Below are positions 51,185-61,243 of a DNA stretch of 64,000 bases, in pieces. How positions within the stretch are numbered: the stretch's first letter is position 1; each line of letters starts with the position of its first letter. The notes under the pieces are model-generated. The model was not told the DNA's origin. It was given only the letters and a program-made list of their open reading frames with translations, and did no database searches. Both the position numbers and the translations under genes were made by a program. Origin of the DNA: Candidatus Fimivivens sp. (lineage in GTDB: Bacteria > Bacillota > Clostridia > Oscillospirales > Ruminococcaceae); assembly GCA_047974975.1 (NCBI GenBank), contig JBKECV010000015.1, forward strand, positions 12,712 through 76,711, written 5' to 3'.

Positions 51185-52489
51185 ATGAACTTTAAATTTG
51201 ACCGTATCGATATGGATGCTTTCACCGACGAACTGGTTTTTATACGGCGCGATCTTCACAAATATCCCGAATCGGGGTGGACCGAATATCGGACGACTGT
51301 TAAGATCATCGAGCAGCTTACTACAATGGGGTTAAAGGTGCTTTTTGGCCCAAGCATACATACGCGCGAAAACATGCATGGTATGCCCGGCGACGCCTAT
51401 TTAAAAGAATGCGAAGCGCGGGCGGTTGCACAATGTGGCAGGAAGGACCTGATTTCCCAAATGCAGGGCGGTTTTACCGGATGTGTCACCGAGATTGAGG
51501 GTGCTCAACCCGGTCCGACCGTTGGCTTTAGAGTGGATATTGATTGTAATGATATCACGGAATCCACCGATGCCGATCATCGTCCCTTTAAAGAAGGATT
51601 TGCCTCTGCCCATACGAATCTGATGCACGCTTGTGGACATGACGGACATGCCGCTATCGGCATCGGTGCGCTGCGACTGCTGCTGGCTTATCGCGATCAA
51701 ATTAAGGGTAAAATTATTTTTGTGTTTCAACCGGCGGAAGAAGGCCTGCGCGGTGCCGATTCTATGACACAGTCCGGGGTACTCGACGAGGTGGACTATA
51801 TGATTGGCGCACACATCGGCCTTAAAAAATGGGCGCTGGGAACGGTCGCCACCGGTACACACGGTTTTTTAGCCAGCACCAAGTTTGATGTGACATTTCA
51901 GGGGCGGGCTGCTCATGCAGGCGCCAACCCGGAGCAGGGGAACAATGCGCTGGCTGCGGCCGCAACAGCGACGCTCAATCTGTTGGCCATTCCACGTCAC
52001 AGTGCGGGGAGTAGCCGTATCAACATTGGGACATTAAATGCGGGATCCGGCCGAAATGTCATCCCCGAAACTGCTGTTATGACGATTGAAACGCGCGGCG
52101 TTACGACCGATATCAATACATATATGGCAGAGAAAGCTGAGCGCATCTGTCGCGCCAGTGCCGATATGTATGTATGCAGTTATGAAAGTCGTTTTATGGG
52201 GGCGGCAGGCAGTGCAGCCTGCGATAAAGAGCTGGTGGAGAGAGTCTCGGATGCTATCGGCGAGCTGCCGGACGTTCAGGAAATTCACAAGGATATCGAT
52301 TTTGGCGGTGGCGAGGATTTTACTTATATGATGCGCAAGGTGCAGTCCCAAGGGGGGCAGGCGACCGAGATGATTATCGGCACGCCGTTGAAAGCACCGC
52401 ATCACAATGGCCGATTCGATTTTGATGAAGCGGTGCTGCCACTGGCGGCGCAGATTTTCGCCAAAATTGCGCTGGACATTTGTAAATAA
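51185..52489 (+). CDS. M20D amidohydrolase (AbgA-like)
   Basis: RRDLHKYPESGWTE, MHACGHDGH, FQPAEEG, GGEDF and HHN. Confidence 0.88.
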   Translation: MNFKFDRIDMDAFTDELVFIRRDLHKYPESGWTEYRTTVKIIEQLTTMGLKVLFGPSIHTRENMHGMPGDAYLKECEARAVAQCGRKDLISQMQGGFTGCVTEIEGAQPGPTVGFRVDIDCNDITESTDADHRPFKEGFASAHTNLMHACGHDGHAAIGIGALRLLLAYRDQIKGKIIFVFQPAEEGLRGADSMTQSGVLDEVDYMIGAHIGLKKWALGTVATGTHGFLASTKFDVTFQGRAAHAGANPEQGNNALAAAATATLNLLAIPRHSAGSSRINIGTLNAGSGRNVIPETAVMTIETRGVTTDINTYMAEKAERICRASADMYVCSYESRFMGAAGSAACDKELVERVSDAIGELPDVQEIHKDIDFGGGEDFTYMMRKVQSQGGQATEMIIGTPLKAPHHNGRFDFDEAVLPLAAQIFAKIALDICK

Positions 52490-52728
52490 CAAAGCGGATG
52501 TTCTACCACTTAGTCGTCTGTATAACGGCCGAGCTGCGTGTAATATCGATTGATTTTTACAATGAAATATCGGCAGATTGGTGCCGTTTGATAAGATTCC
52601 TGCATGTCGACGCTATTATTTGTCGCGCAGTTGTGCTATACTATTAATAATAATTTAAACAAATTGCCTTGCGGTGTGTACTATTTGCCACCGTAAGAGA
52701 AACACAGAAAAAGGAAAAAACCGACTCA

Positions 52729-54069
52729 ATGACATTTAAAGAACTGAATTTAATTTCACCTATTCTTGCCGCGCTGCAAACGCAAGGCTATGACCGGCCC
52801 ACGCCGATTCAGCAGCAAGCCATCACGCCCGCACTGGAGGGAAAGGACCTGCTCGGTTGTGCACAGACCGGAACGGGCAAGACAGCCGCCTTTGCGCTGC
52901 CTATTTTACAACGGCTCAACGTTGAAGGTGCTGTTAAGCATAAGCGCAGGGCGCGCGCGCTCATACTCACGCCGACGCGTGAGTTGGCGCTGCAAATACA
53001 CGAAAGCATCATAGCCTATGGCAAACGGTTGTCGCTAAAGTGCACGGTCATTTTTGGCGGCGTTTCTCAGAACCCACAGACCGAGCAACTCGCGCGGGGT
53101 ACCGATATTCTGGTAGCGACCCCCGGACGGCTGATCGACCTTATCAATCAAGGTTTTGTTGATCTTACCGGTTTGGAAATTTTTGTTTTGGATGAAGCAG
53201 ACCGTATGTTGGATATGGGTTTTATCAACGATGTTAAAAAGGTGGTGGCTCGGCTTCCCCAACAGCGGCAGACCATGCTGTTCTCCGCCACCATGCCCGC
53301 CGAAATTGAGCAGTTGGCCAACAGTCTGTTGACAAATCCTATCAAAGTGTCGGTGGCGCCTCCGGCTACAACGGTAGAGCTGATTGAACAGTCGGTTTAT
53401 ATGACCGATAAAGTAAACAAACGCGCACTGCTTACTTGGATATTAAAAAATCATTCGATTTATTCGGCGCTGGTGTTTACCCGCACAAAACATGGTGCAG
53501 ATCGCGTGGCCAAGGCGCTTAATGGGGCGAAGATATCTGCCATGTCAATTCATGGAGACAAGTCACAGGGGGCGCGGCAGCTGGCGCTGAGCAACTTTAA
53601 AAGCGGTCGGGTTCAGGTGCTGGTGGCGACCGATATCGCCGCACGCGGCATTGATATCGATCAGCTTTCGCATGTTATCAATTTTGATCTGCCCAATGAG
53701 CCTGATACCTATGTGCATCGCATCGGCCGAACGGGCCGCGCGGGTGCAGACGGCGTTGCGCTGTCTTTTTGCGATTTTGACGAGCAAGCATATCTCAAGG
53801 ACATCGAAAAGCTTATCCGTAAAACGATCAGGGTGGAGCAGGAAAATCCTTATCCAATGCAGGTATTCGAACCGTCCCCTAAAAAACCGGCCAATATGCG
53901 CCGCAGAAGCGATATGGCCAAGCAGCAAGCGGCCCATGCCGCAAGACCTGCCCTGCAAAAAGCGGCGAAGTCCGTCGGTGACAACAAATCGTCTGCTCAA
54001 AGCACTGCACCAAAACGGAATGGCGCATCGCATCGTAAAAAACGCCGCCCCGAATCAAAAATGCATTGA
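52729..54069 (+). CDS. DEAD-box RNA helicase (RhlE-like)
   Basis: [26 protein letters not shown] and HRIGRTGR. Confidence 0.95.
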   Translation: MTFKELNLISPILAALQTQGYDRPTPIQQQAITPALEGKDLLGCAQTGTGKTAAFALPILQRLNVEGAVKHKRRARALILTPTRELALQIHESIIAYGKRLSLKCTVIFGGVSQNPQTEQLARGTDILVATPGRLIDLINQGFVDLTGLEIFVLDEADRMLDMGFINDVKKVVARLPQQRQTMLFSATMPAEIEQLANSLLTNPIKVSVAPPATTVELIEQSVYMTDKVNKRALLTWILKNHSIYSALVFTRTKHGADRVAKALNGAKISAMSIHGDKSQGARQLALSNFKSGRVQVLVATDIAARGIDIDQLSHVINFDLPNEPDTYVHRIGRTGRAGADGVALSFCDFDEQAYLKDIEKLIRKTIRVEQENPYPMQVFEPSPKKPANMRRRSDMAKQQAAHAARPALQKAAKSVGDNKSSAQSTAPKRNGASHRKKRRPESKMH

Positions 54070-54233
54070 GCCAATCCGCCACGGCCTGCGATGCAAAATG
54101 GCGGATTTTTCAGAACCGGCAGTGGCTCAAATACTTGGACAAGACGGCGCTATTCAGTATAAAAAGTCAATTAACACCAAAATGACTGGATTAAAAGGAT
54201 TGATAATGTTTGACCAAGGGGGAACACCTTACC

Positions 54234-54968
54234 ATGAAGCACTGCCAAAAACATTTCATACTGCCGATGGTCATAGCCCTGTTTGCAGTGCTGTTGTTAC
54301 AGCCTTGTGCCCTAGCAGCAGATGATTTGGCAACCGAGTCGGGTGAAATGGTTTATGTCCGTGATTTGGCTGATGTGTTGTCTGAAGAAACGCAAGCACT
54401 TATAAACGAAAAAAGCGCCGCTTTAGATGCGTTGACCGGCGCACAGATTGTGGTATTCACCGTCGATTTTCTAGGTGGTGTGGCGATACATGACTATGCG
54501 CAGGATGTATTTAACCGACTGCAAATAGGAGATGCGGTTCAAAATAACGGTCTGTTGTTGCTATTGGCAACCGGCGAGGAGGATTATTATCTCTTGCAGG
54601 GGCAGGGGATTGAAACGACCCTGTCGGACGCGGCGTTGGAAACGTTGCTGTTGCAAAATCTCGAACCCAATTTTGCAGCCGGAAATTACGATGTCGGCGT
54701 AGAAAAAACCTACGCCGGCCTTTTAGACGCCCTTGAAAATTTGTATGGTATTGATGAGCAAGGGGTCGTGGTGGCGGCTGCTGCTGCCAAGGCGGCACAG
54801 GTTCAAATGGAAAAGGTCAACAGGCTGCAACGTAGTCTGCTGGTGGCTGCCGGAATCGCTTTGTTGATATTGTTACCGATGGTACTGATTGTATTGTCAG
54901 TAAATCGTGCTGCACGGCGCCGCAAAAGACGCAGGAGGGCGGCTGTGCGCCGCAATACAATTGGATGA
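54234..54968 (+). CDS. TPM-domain membrane protein
   Basis: Signal peptide, YVRDLADVLS, NNGLLLLLA..GQGIE, C-terminal TM helix and Arg-rich tail. Confidence 0.82.
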   Translation: MKHCQKHFILPMVIALFAVLLLQPCALAADDLATESGEMVYVRDLADVLSEETQALINEKSAALDALTGAQIVVFTVDFLGGVAIHDYAQDVFNRLQIGDAVQNNGLLLLLATGEEDYYLLQGQGIETTLSDAALETLLLQNLEPNFAAGNYDVGVEKTYAGLLDALENLYGIDEQGVVVAAAAAKAAQVQMEKVNRLQRSLLVAAGIALLILLPMVLIVLSVNRAARRRKRRRRAAVRRNTIG

Positions 54969-55054
54969 TGAAGCTCATCTGCTTGAAAAGAGCACGTTAT
55001 ATTCCATTATAGTAATGTAATAAAATCAAACTTCAATTTGGTATTTCCCTCCAT

Positions 55055-55072
55055 TTGTTCATTAAATAACAA
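55055..55072. promoter_or_regulatory. Rex-like operator upstream of apbE-rnf
   Basis: TTGTTCATTAAATAACAA, an 18-bp match to TTGTTAA-N4-TTAACAA. Confidence 0.6.
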
Positions 55073-55188
55073 TCTTCTCTTGACTTTTTAGTCAAAAAGC
55101 GATAAAAATAATATGTGTATCTTGCATGTTTTAAATAATACAAGTGGGTTTTTATCGCCTATTCATCTTATGGGGAGCAAAATCATGC

Positions 55189-56235
55189 ATGAGAAAGCCT
55201 AAATACTTTATAGCGATTATCATGGTGTTATGTACCGCTGTGCTGTTTGCATGCACCGGCTCGAAAGAACAGACAGCAACGCGCTTTGCTGCCGGAACAG
55301 AGTTTGTCATGAATACGTGGGTTGAACAACGTTGGTATGGCGAAAACGCACAAAAAACCTATGACGAAGTCTTAGCTTCATTAAAAGAACTGGAAAACAA
55401 GCTTTCACTTTACGTAGAAGAAAGCGAAATTTCACGCTTGAATTCAGCGGCGGGCGTGCAACCCGTCGCCCTTTCGCGCGACACTTATCAGTTGTTGCGT
55501 CAGGCTACCGATTACTGTGCACAGGCAGATGGTTTATTTGATATTACCGTTGCACCGCTTACAGTGGTCTGGAATGTGAATAGCGATAACCCGCGTATTC
55601 CCACACAGGAAGAGATTAAAGGCGCACAGAAGCTGGTGGATTATCGTCGCATCATATTCGACGATGCCAATCAAACAGCCATGCTGGCCGATGCGGGTAT
55701 GCGCATCGACCTTGGTGGTATCGCCAAGGGAGTGGCCGCGTCACTAATGCGACAGTATGCTGTTGCAAACGATGTTCAAGGGTATCTATCCATTGGCGGC
55801 AACATGATGGTGCAGGGGAAAAAGATGGATGGCACCGATTTTGTCATCGGTATGCGCGACCCTAGAGGGGATGCTTCAGAGTTTATTGCGTCGCTGCCGC
55901 TGGATGGGTTGACTATGGCTACCACCGGCGATTATGAGCGCTATTTTGAGCAGGAGGGCATTAGGTATCATCATGTGATGGATCCTTTCACGGGGTATCC
56001 CGCTGTAACCGATCTGATTTCAGTGGCGGTGGTGTCTGAAAATGGCGCGTTGGCGGATTACCTTTCGACCCTGATTTTTATGCGGGGGAGTCAAGCGCTT
56101 CCCACCTATTTGGCGCGCAATGATTGTATGGTTCTGGCTGTGACAAAAGACTTTGAGGTTTATGCCTCGGAAGCGTTGCAAGACAGGTTGACCATCAATC
56201 CACAGAAAAAAACGACTTATCACTTTAACTTTTAA
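55189..56235 (+). CDS. apbE: FAD:protein FMN transferase (lipoprotein)
   Basis: Lipobox LFAC, FDITV, DLGGIAKG, TTGDYER, YHHVMDP and ADYLST. Confidence 0.92.
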   Translation: MRKPKYFIAIIMVLCTAVLFACTGSKEQTATRFAAGTEFVMNTWVEQRWYGENAQKTYDEVLASLKELENKLSLYVEESEISRLNSAAGVQPVALSRDTYQLLRQATDYCAQADGLFDITVAPLTVVWNVNSDNPRIPTQEEIKGAQKLVDYRRIIFDDANQTAMLADAGMRIDLGGIAKGVAASLMRQYAVANDVQGYLSIGGNMMVQGKKMDGTDFVIGMRDPRGDASEFIASLPLDGLTMATTGDYERYFEQEGIRYHHVMDPFTGYPAVTDLISVAVVSENGALADYLSTLIFMRGSQALPTYLARNDCMVLAVTKDFEVYASEALQDRLTINPQKKTTYHFNF

Positions 56236-56255
56236 GATATGATCGAGAGGAGAGA

Positions 56256-56780
56256 ATGCCGGTGCCGCCACAACACCGCTCCGCTTATAAGGTGGCCTTT
56301 CCCGGGTTGATGCTCGCACTGGCACTGGGACTTTCTTTCTTTGAGTCCTTGATACCCGCCCTGCCGTTTTTACCGGTTGGTGTCAAGCTGGGACTTTCAA
56401 ACATTGTGACCATGTACTGTTTGTTTTTTCTCGGCGCGAAAACGGCGTTTACCGTTGCAATACTCAAGTCGCTCTTTGTGTTGCTCACTCGTGGGGTAAT
56501 CGGCGCTGCATTGAGCCTTTCCGGTGGATTATGTGCGGTTTGCGTCATGCTGCTGTTTCGGATGATTCCGGGGCTGGGAGATCGCATTATCAGCATTGTG
56601 GGGGCAATTTCGCATAATGTGGGCCAGTTGATTCTGGCCGGTATCATTTTAAAATCGGCATACACATTTTATTATCTGCCCGTCATGGTTCTGTCCGGTA
56701 TAGGCATGGGACTTATTACGGGAATCTTGCTTCGGTTAGTTATGCCCTATTTGAAAAACATCAAGCGGGCAATCAAATAA
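56256..56780 (+). CDS. Gx transporter family protein
   Basis: GVKLGLSN, SLSGG and GAISHNVGQ. Confidence 0.85.
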   Translation: MPVPPQHRSAYKVAFPGLMLALALGLSFFESLIPALPFLPVGVKLGLSNIVTMYCLFFLGAKTAFTVAILKSLFVLLTRGVIGAALSLSGGLCAVCVMLLFRMIPGLGDRIISIVGAISHNVGQLILAGIILKSAYTFYYLPVMVLSGIGMGLITGILLRLVMPYLKNIKRAIK

Positions 56781-56812
56781 CAACACTTTTTAAGTATTGG
56801 GGGAAACATTCA

Positions 56813-58120
56813 GTGTCTATTAAAAGACTGAGCGGTGTCCATGCGCCTCACCACAAGAACACCGCAGAGTGCGCACCACAGCGCATTCCGACTCCCGACA
56901 AGGTCATTATTCCGATGAATATGCACATCGGTGCGCCTGCTACGCCGGTAGTCAAGGCGGGGGATCTTGTCAAAGTCGGTCAGGTGATCGGTGAAGCAGC
57001 AGGCTTTGTCAGCGTGCCCATTCATGCCAGTGTATCCGGTAAGGTTGTCAAGATAGACGAGGTGCTAATGGCTAACGGCGCGAAAGCAAAGGCTGTTGTC
57101 ATCGAAGCCGACGGCCTGCAAGAAGTTGCCGAAACAGTCGTCCCACCCACAGTGGAGACTGCGGAGCAATTTTTGGCTGCTGTGCGTGCCAGCGGTTTGG
57201 TTGGATTAGGCGGTGCGGGTTTTCCGACGGTGGTCAAGCTGTCCGTTAAGAACCCAAATTCTATTGACTATCTTCTAATCAACGGTGCAGAGTGCGAGCC
57301 TTACATAACTTCCGATCTGCGCACAATGCTCGATGACTGTGCACATATTCTCAAGGGTGCTGCACTTATCAAAAAATTTATTGGTCAAAAAAAGACCATT
57401 CTTGGCATTGAGGACAACAAGCCTGAAGCGATTAAACTGTTTCAGGAGAAAACGGCGAACAATGCTGACTTTGAGGTCATGGCGATGCCTTCTCTCTACC
57501 CGCAGGGTGGTGAAAAGGTGCTCATCCACAACGCGACCGGTCGCGATGTACCCGAGGGCAAGCTGCCGCTCGATGTGGGTTGCATCGTTATCAACGTAAC
57601 GACATTAGCGTTCATTTCCAAGTATATTGAAACCGGCATGCCGCTGATTGAAAAATGCCTGACCGTCGATGGCTCCGCCGTTGCCAAGCCGGGCAATGTT
57701 TTTGCGCCCATCGGTACCCCTATTGCCAAAATATTCGAATTTTGTGGCGGCTACAAGGCTGAGCCTAGAAAAATTCTCTATGGCGGCCCGATGATGGGTA
57801 TATCGGTACCCAGTGATGAGGTCCCACTCCTCAAGAACAATAACGCAGTGTTGGCCTTTGCAGAAAAGGAGGCGACTTTGGCGCCGACTACCGCCTGCAT
57901 TAAATGCGGTCGCTGCGTGGGGGCTTGTCCGGTTGGGCTGATGCCGGCGACCATTGAGCATGCATTCAAGATCAAGAATGTCGATATGCTCAATGAGCTC
58001 AAGGTCATGCTTTGTATGGAGTGTGGCTGCTGCTCGTTCGTATGTCCTGCGAAACGCGAACTCGTTCTGACCAATAAGCTTGCTAAGTCTATGGTCAGAG
58101 AAGCTTCGCAGAAAAAGTAA
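56813..58120 (+). CDS. rnfC: Rnf complex subunit C
   Basis: HIGAP, GLGGAGFPT, NGAECEPY, YPQGGEK and two 4Fe-4S Cys motifs. Confidence 0.96.
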   Translation: MSIKRLSGVHAPHHKNTAECAPQRIPTPDKVIIPMNMHIGAPATPVVKAGDLVKVGQVIGEAAGFVSVPIHASVSGKVVKIDEVLMANGAKAKAVVIEADGLQEVAETVVPPTVETAEQFLAAVRASGLVGLGGAGFPTVVKLSVKNPNSIDYLLINGAECEPYITSDLRTMLDDCAHILKGAALIKKFIGQKKTILGIEDNKPEAIKLFQEKTANNADFEVMAMPSLYPQGGEKVLIHNATGRDVPEGKLPLDVGCIVINVTTLAFISKYIETGMPLIEKCLTVDGSAVAKPGNVFAPIGTPIAKIFEFCGGYKAEPRKILYGGPMMGISVPSDEVPLLKNNNAVLAFAEKEATLAPTTACIKCGRCVGACPVGLMPATIEHAFKIKNVDMLNELKVMLCMECGCCSFVCPAKRELVLTNKLAKSMVREASQKK

Positions 58121-58123
58121 GGG

Positions 58124-59059
58124 GTGAAAACAGTGAGTAATCCAATGATCGTAAACTGCTCTCCACATATTCGTCACCAGGATTCCACTAAGTCGATCAT
58201 GCGCGATGTGCTTATTGCACTTGCTCCTGCATTGCTGGTTTCTGTTTATGTTTTTCGTTTGCGTGCACTGATTCTTGCGGCCGTCTGTGTAGTTGCTGCA
58301 GTCGGTGCTGAATATGTATTTGAAAAAGTCTGTGGCAAGCCTATCACCATCGGTGATTATTCTGCCGTTGTTACCGGTCTGCTGCTGGCATATAATTTGC
58401 CGCTTGGTCTTCCGCTGTGGATGGCTGCATTTGGTTCTATCGTGGCAATCGTCTTTGCCAAGCAGCTTTTTGGCGGTATTGGCCAGAATTTTGCCAACCC
58501 TGCCATCACCGCGCGTATCGTGTTGTTGATCTCCTTTACCGGTCCGATGACTGATTGGGTGACCGGCTATCCGGATACCATTGCCGGCGCGACACCGCTG
58601 ACGCTGATGGCAACCGGCCAGACAGACAAGCTGCCCTCCATCACACAGATGGCACTGGGCCAAATCGGGGGTTGTATAGGTGAAGTCAGTGCGGTTGCAT
58701 TGTTGATCGGTTTTGCATACCTGCTTTACCGCAAGGTTATTACCTGGCATATCACCATTTCGTTTATCGCGACCGTTGCGGCGCTTACCGCGCTTCTTGG
58801 ACAGAACCCAATTTATCACATGTTGACCGGTGGTCTGATGTTGGGTGCCATCTTTATGGCGACCGACTACAGCACTTCGCCCCAGACACCGAAAGGTCGT
58901 GTCATCTTTGGTATTGGCTGCGGTCTTTTAACTGTGTTGATTCGCGTGTACGGCAACTATCCCGAAGGCGTTTCCTTTGCGATTTTGCTGATGAACATCA
59001 TCGCGCCGCACATCTCGAACCATACCCGAAATAAAGCTTTGGGAGGTGCCGCAAAATGA
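58124..59059 (+). CDS. rnfD: Rnf complex subunit D
   Basis: SPHIR, FGGIGQNFANPA, AGATPL flavinylation site and FMATDY. Confidence 0.95.
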   Translation: MKTVSNPMIVNCSPHIRHQDSTKSIMRDVLIALAPALLVSVYVFRLRALILAAVCVVAAVGAEYVFEKVCGKPITIGDYSAVVTGLLLAYNLPLGLPLWMAAFGSIVAIVFAKQLFGGIGQNFANPAITARIVLLISFTGPMTDWVTGYPDTIAGATPLTLMATGQTDKLPSITQMALGQIGGCIGEVSAVALLIGFAYLLYRKVITWHITISFIATVAALTALLGQNPIYHMLTGGLMLGAIFMATDYSTSPQTPKGRVIFGIGCGLLTVLIRVYGNYPEGVSFAILLMNIIAPHISNHTRNKALGGAAK

Positions 59060-59955
59060 GTAGCGCAAAAAATGATTTTATATTACCGATCGTTGTGCTT
59101 ACCGCTATTTGTCTGGTTATAACTGCCGCATTGGCGCTCACCGAGCAGGCGACCACCCCGATTATTGAGGCGACTGAAAAGGCCAATGCTGAGGCTGCCA
59201 GAAGAGAAGTATTGCCTGCAGCAGATGGCTTTGAATTGCTCGAACTTTCAAATCTTCCCGAGGGTGTCACCGAGGTTTATAATGCTACCAATGGCACGGG
59301 AACGGTCGTCATGGCCGAGGGGAAAGGTTACGGCGGTCTCATGAAGATTATTGTTGGTCTTGATATGGATGGCAAAATTACCGGTACCAAGACGCTTGCT
59401 CACGGTGAAACTGCGGGATTAGGTTCAAAAGTAGCTGAGCCGAAGTTTCAAGGACAGTTCCCCGGTCAGGACGAGAGTCTCTCCGGTGTCGCGGCTATCG
59501 GCGGTGCGACGATTTCTTCCAAGTGCTTTATCGGCGCGGTAGAAAAAGCGTTTGAAGCGCAGAAGATTGCGTTGGGTGGTACAGTTGAGAGTCCACTGGA
59601 GATCAAAATGGTTCAGCATTATCCCGATGCTGCATTCAAAGAAGTGATAAATGGCATCCAGTGTGGCGCTGCAGGCAATGTCGTGCTTGCGACTGCCAAG
59701 GGCTACGGCGGTGACTTGACCGTTGCGGTGTTGTTTGATGGCAGCGACCAAGTTATCGATGTGGTCGTCGTCAAGAATGCCGAGACGGAAGGTCTTGGTA
59801 GCAAAATCGCTGAGGAAGCCTTTACTTCGCAATTCGTTGGCAAAACTTCTGCCGACGGCATAGATAATATTGCGGGTGCAACTGCTTCATCCGAAGCTTT
59901 TAAAGAGGCTTTTAACATGGCGGTCGCAAACCTCGCCGCAGTAAAGGGGGCTTAA
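59056..59955 (+). CDS. rnfG: Rnf complex subunit G with two FMN-binding domains
   Basis: One TM helix, then KGYGG..ETAGLGS..GGATISS and KGYGG..ETEGLGS..AGATASS. Confidence 0.9.
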   Translation: MSSAKNDFILPIVVLTAICLVITAALALTEQATTPIIEATEKANAEAARREVLPAADGFELLELSNLPEGVTEVYNATNGTGTVVMAEGKGYGGLMKIIVGLDMDGKITGTKTLAHGETAGLGSKVAEPKFQGQFPGQDESLSGVAAIGGATISSKCFIGAVEKAFEAQKIALGGTVESPLEIKMVQHYPDAAFKEVINGIQCGAAGNVVLATAKGYGGDLTVAVLFDGSDQVIDVVVVKNAETEGLGSKIAEEAFTSQFVGKTSADGIDNIAGATASSEAFKEAFNMAVANLAAVKGA

Positions 59956-59959
59956 AGCA

Positions 59960-60628
59960 ATGAATAAACTTGACAACCTTACCAGAGGTATTATTAAAGA
60001 AAATCCCGTTTTGGTGCTGCTGTTGGGTACCTGCCCAATGCTGGCTGTCAGTACGCAAGCCCAAAATGCAATCGGCATGGGCCTTGCCGCGACTGTCGTT
60101 TTAGTTTGCTCTAATATTGTTATTTCTGCACTGCGTAAAATCATTCCGGATAAAGTCCGCATTCCATCTTATATCGTTGTTATTGCAGGCTTCGTCACCT
60201 TGGTTCAGATGGTTGTAAAGGCTTACGCACCCGCACTGGATGTAGCGCTGGGCATCTATCTGCCGTTGATCGTCGTTAACTGTATCATCCTCGGACGTGC
60301 CGAGATGTTTGCTTCTAAAAATAGCATTGTTGATTCGGCACTGGATGGCATTGGTATGGGGATCGGCTTTACGCTGGCACTGCTGCTGATGGCCAGTATC
60401 CGTGAAATTTTTGGAGCCGGCAGCTGGATGGGTATTCGCCTCGTTTCTGAAGAGGCACGCACCATCTCGATTATGAGCTTGGCGCCCGGCGGCTTTTTCG
60501 TATACGGTGTGCTGATTGCGCTGGTCAACAAGATCAGTAAGGGCAAGGCGATCAAGAAAAAGGAATTTGGTTGTGCTGGCTGTGGCTCCGAAGAAGCATG
60601 CGGCGAAGATGCGAAGGGAGCGTGTTAA
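59960..60628 (+). CDS. rnfE: Rnf complex subunit E
   Basis: ENPVLV.LLGTCP and PLIVVNCIILGRAE. Confidence 0.95.
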   Translation: MNKLDNLTRGIIKENPVLVLLLGTCPMLAVSTQAQNAIGMGLAATVVLVCSNIVISALRKIIPDKVRIPSYIVVIAGFVTLVQMVVKAYAPALDVALGIYLPLIVVNCIILGRAEMFASKNSIVDSALDGIGMGIGFTLALLLMASIREIFGAGSWMGIRLVSEEARTISIMSLAPGGFFVYGVLIALVNKISKGKAIKKKEFGCAGCGSEEACGEDAKGAC

Positions 60629-60631
60629 TCG

Positions 60632-61222
60632 ATGAAAGAATTTGCTATTATCATTATGAGCGCCGTGCTCGTTAATAACTATGTTCTCGCAAAGTTCCTT
60701 GGCATCTGTCCCTTTTTGGGTGTTTCCAAGAAACTGGATTCGGCTGTTGGTATGTCGATGGCGGTTATCTTTGTTATGATGATGGCCACCGCTGTTACTT
60801 ACCCGATTCAGATTTATCTGCTAAATCCCAACGGTTTGGGTTACCTGCAAACCATCGTATTTATTCTGGTTATTGCAGCGCTGGTTCAGCTGGTTGAAAT
60901 TGTGCTCAAGAAGTATGTACCCGCACTGCATAAAGCGCTGGGCGTTTACCTGCCGTTGATTACCACCAACTGTGCTGTATTGGGTGTTACCATTCTCAAC
61001 ATAGATAGCGGCTTTAATTTTGCAAAATCTATGGCGAATGCGTTTGGTTCCGGCCTCGGCTTTTTGCTGGCCATGGTTCTGTTCTCCGGTGTTCGCTCCA
61101 GAATTGAAGGCTGCGATGCCCCTGAATCTTTTCAGGGCATTCCGATTACACTGGTTGCCGCTTCCATTACTTCGGTCTCCTTCATGGGATTTGTGGGCGT
61201 GGTTGAAAACCTATTCCGATAA
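60632..61222 (+). CDS. rnfA: Rnf complex subunit A
   Basis: FLGICPFLGVS and LPLITTNCAVLG. Confidence 0.95.
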   Translation: MKEFAIIIMSAVLVNNYVLAKFLGICPFLGVSKKLDSAVGMSMAVIFVMMMATAVTYPIQIYLLNPNGLGYLQTIVFILVIAALVQLVEIVLKKYVPALHKALGVYLPLITTNCAVLGVTILNIDSGFNFAKSMANAFGSGLGFLLAMVLFSGVRSRIEGCDAPESFQGIPITLVAASITSVSFMGFVGVVENLFR

Positions 61223-61243
61223 TTTGAGAATGGAGATGAGACT

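Noticed and set aside
57605..58819. 404-aa minus-strand ORF
   Set aside because: Antisense shadow of rnfC/rnfD with no recognisable motifs.
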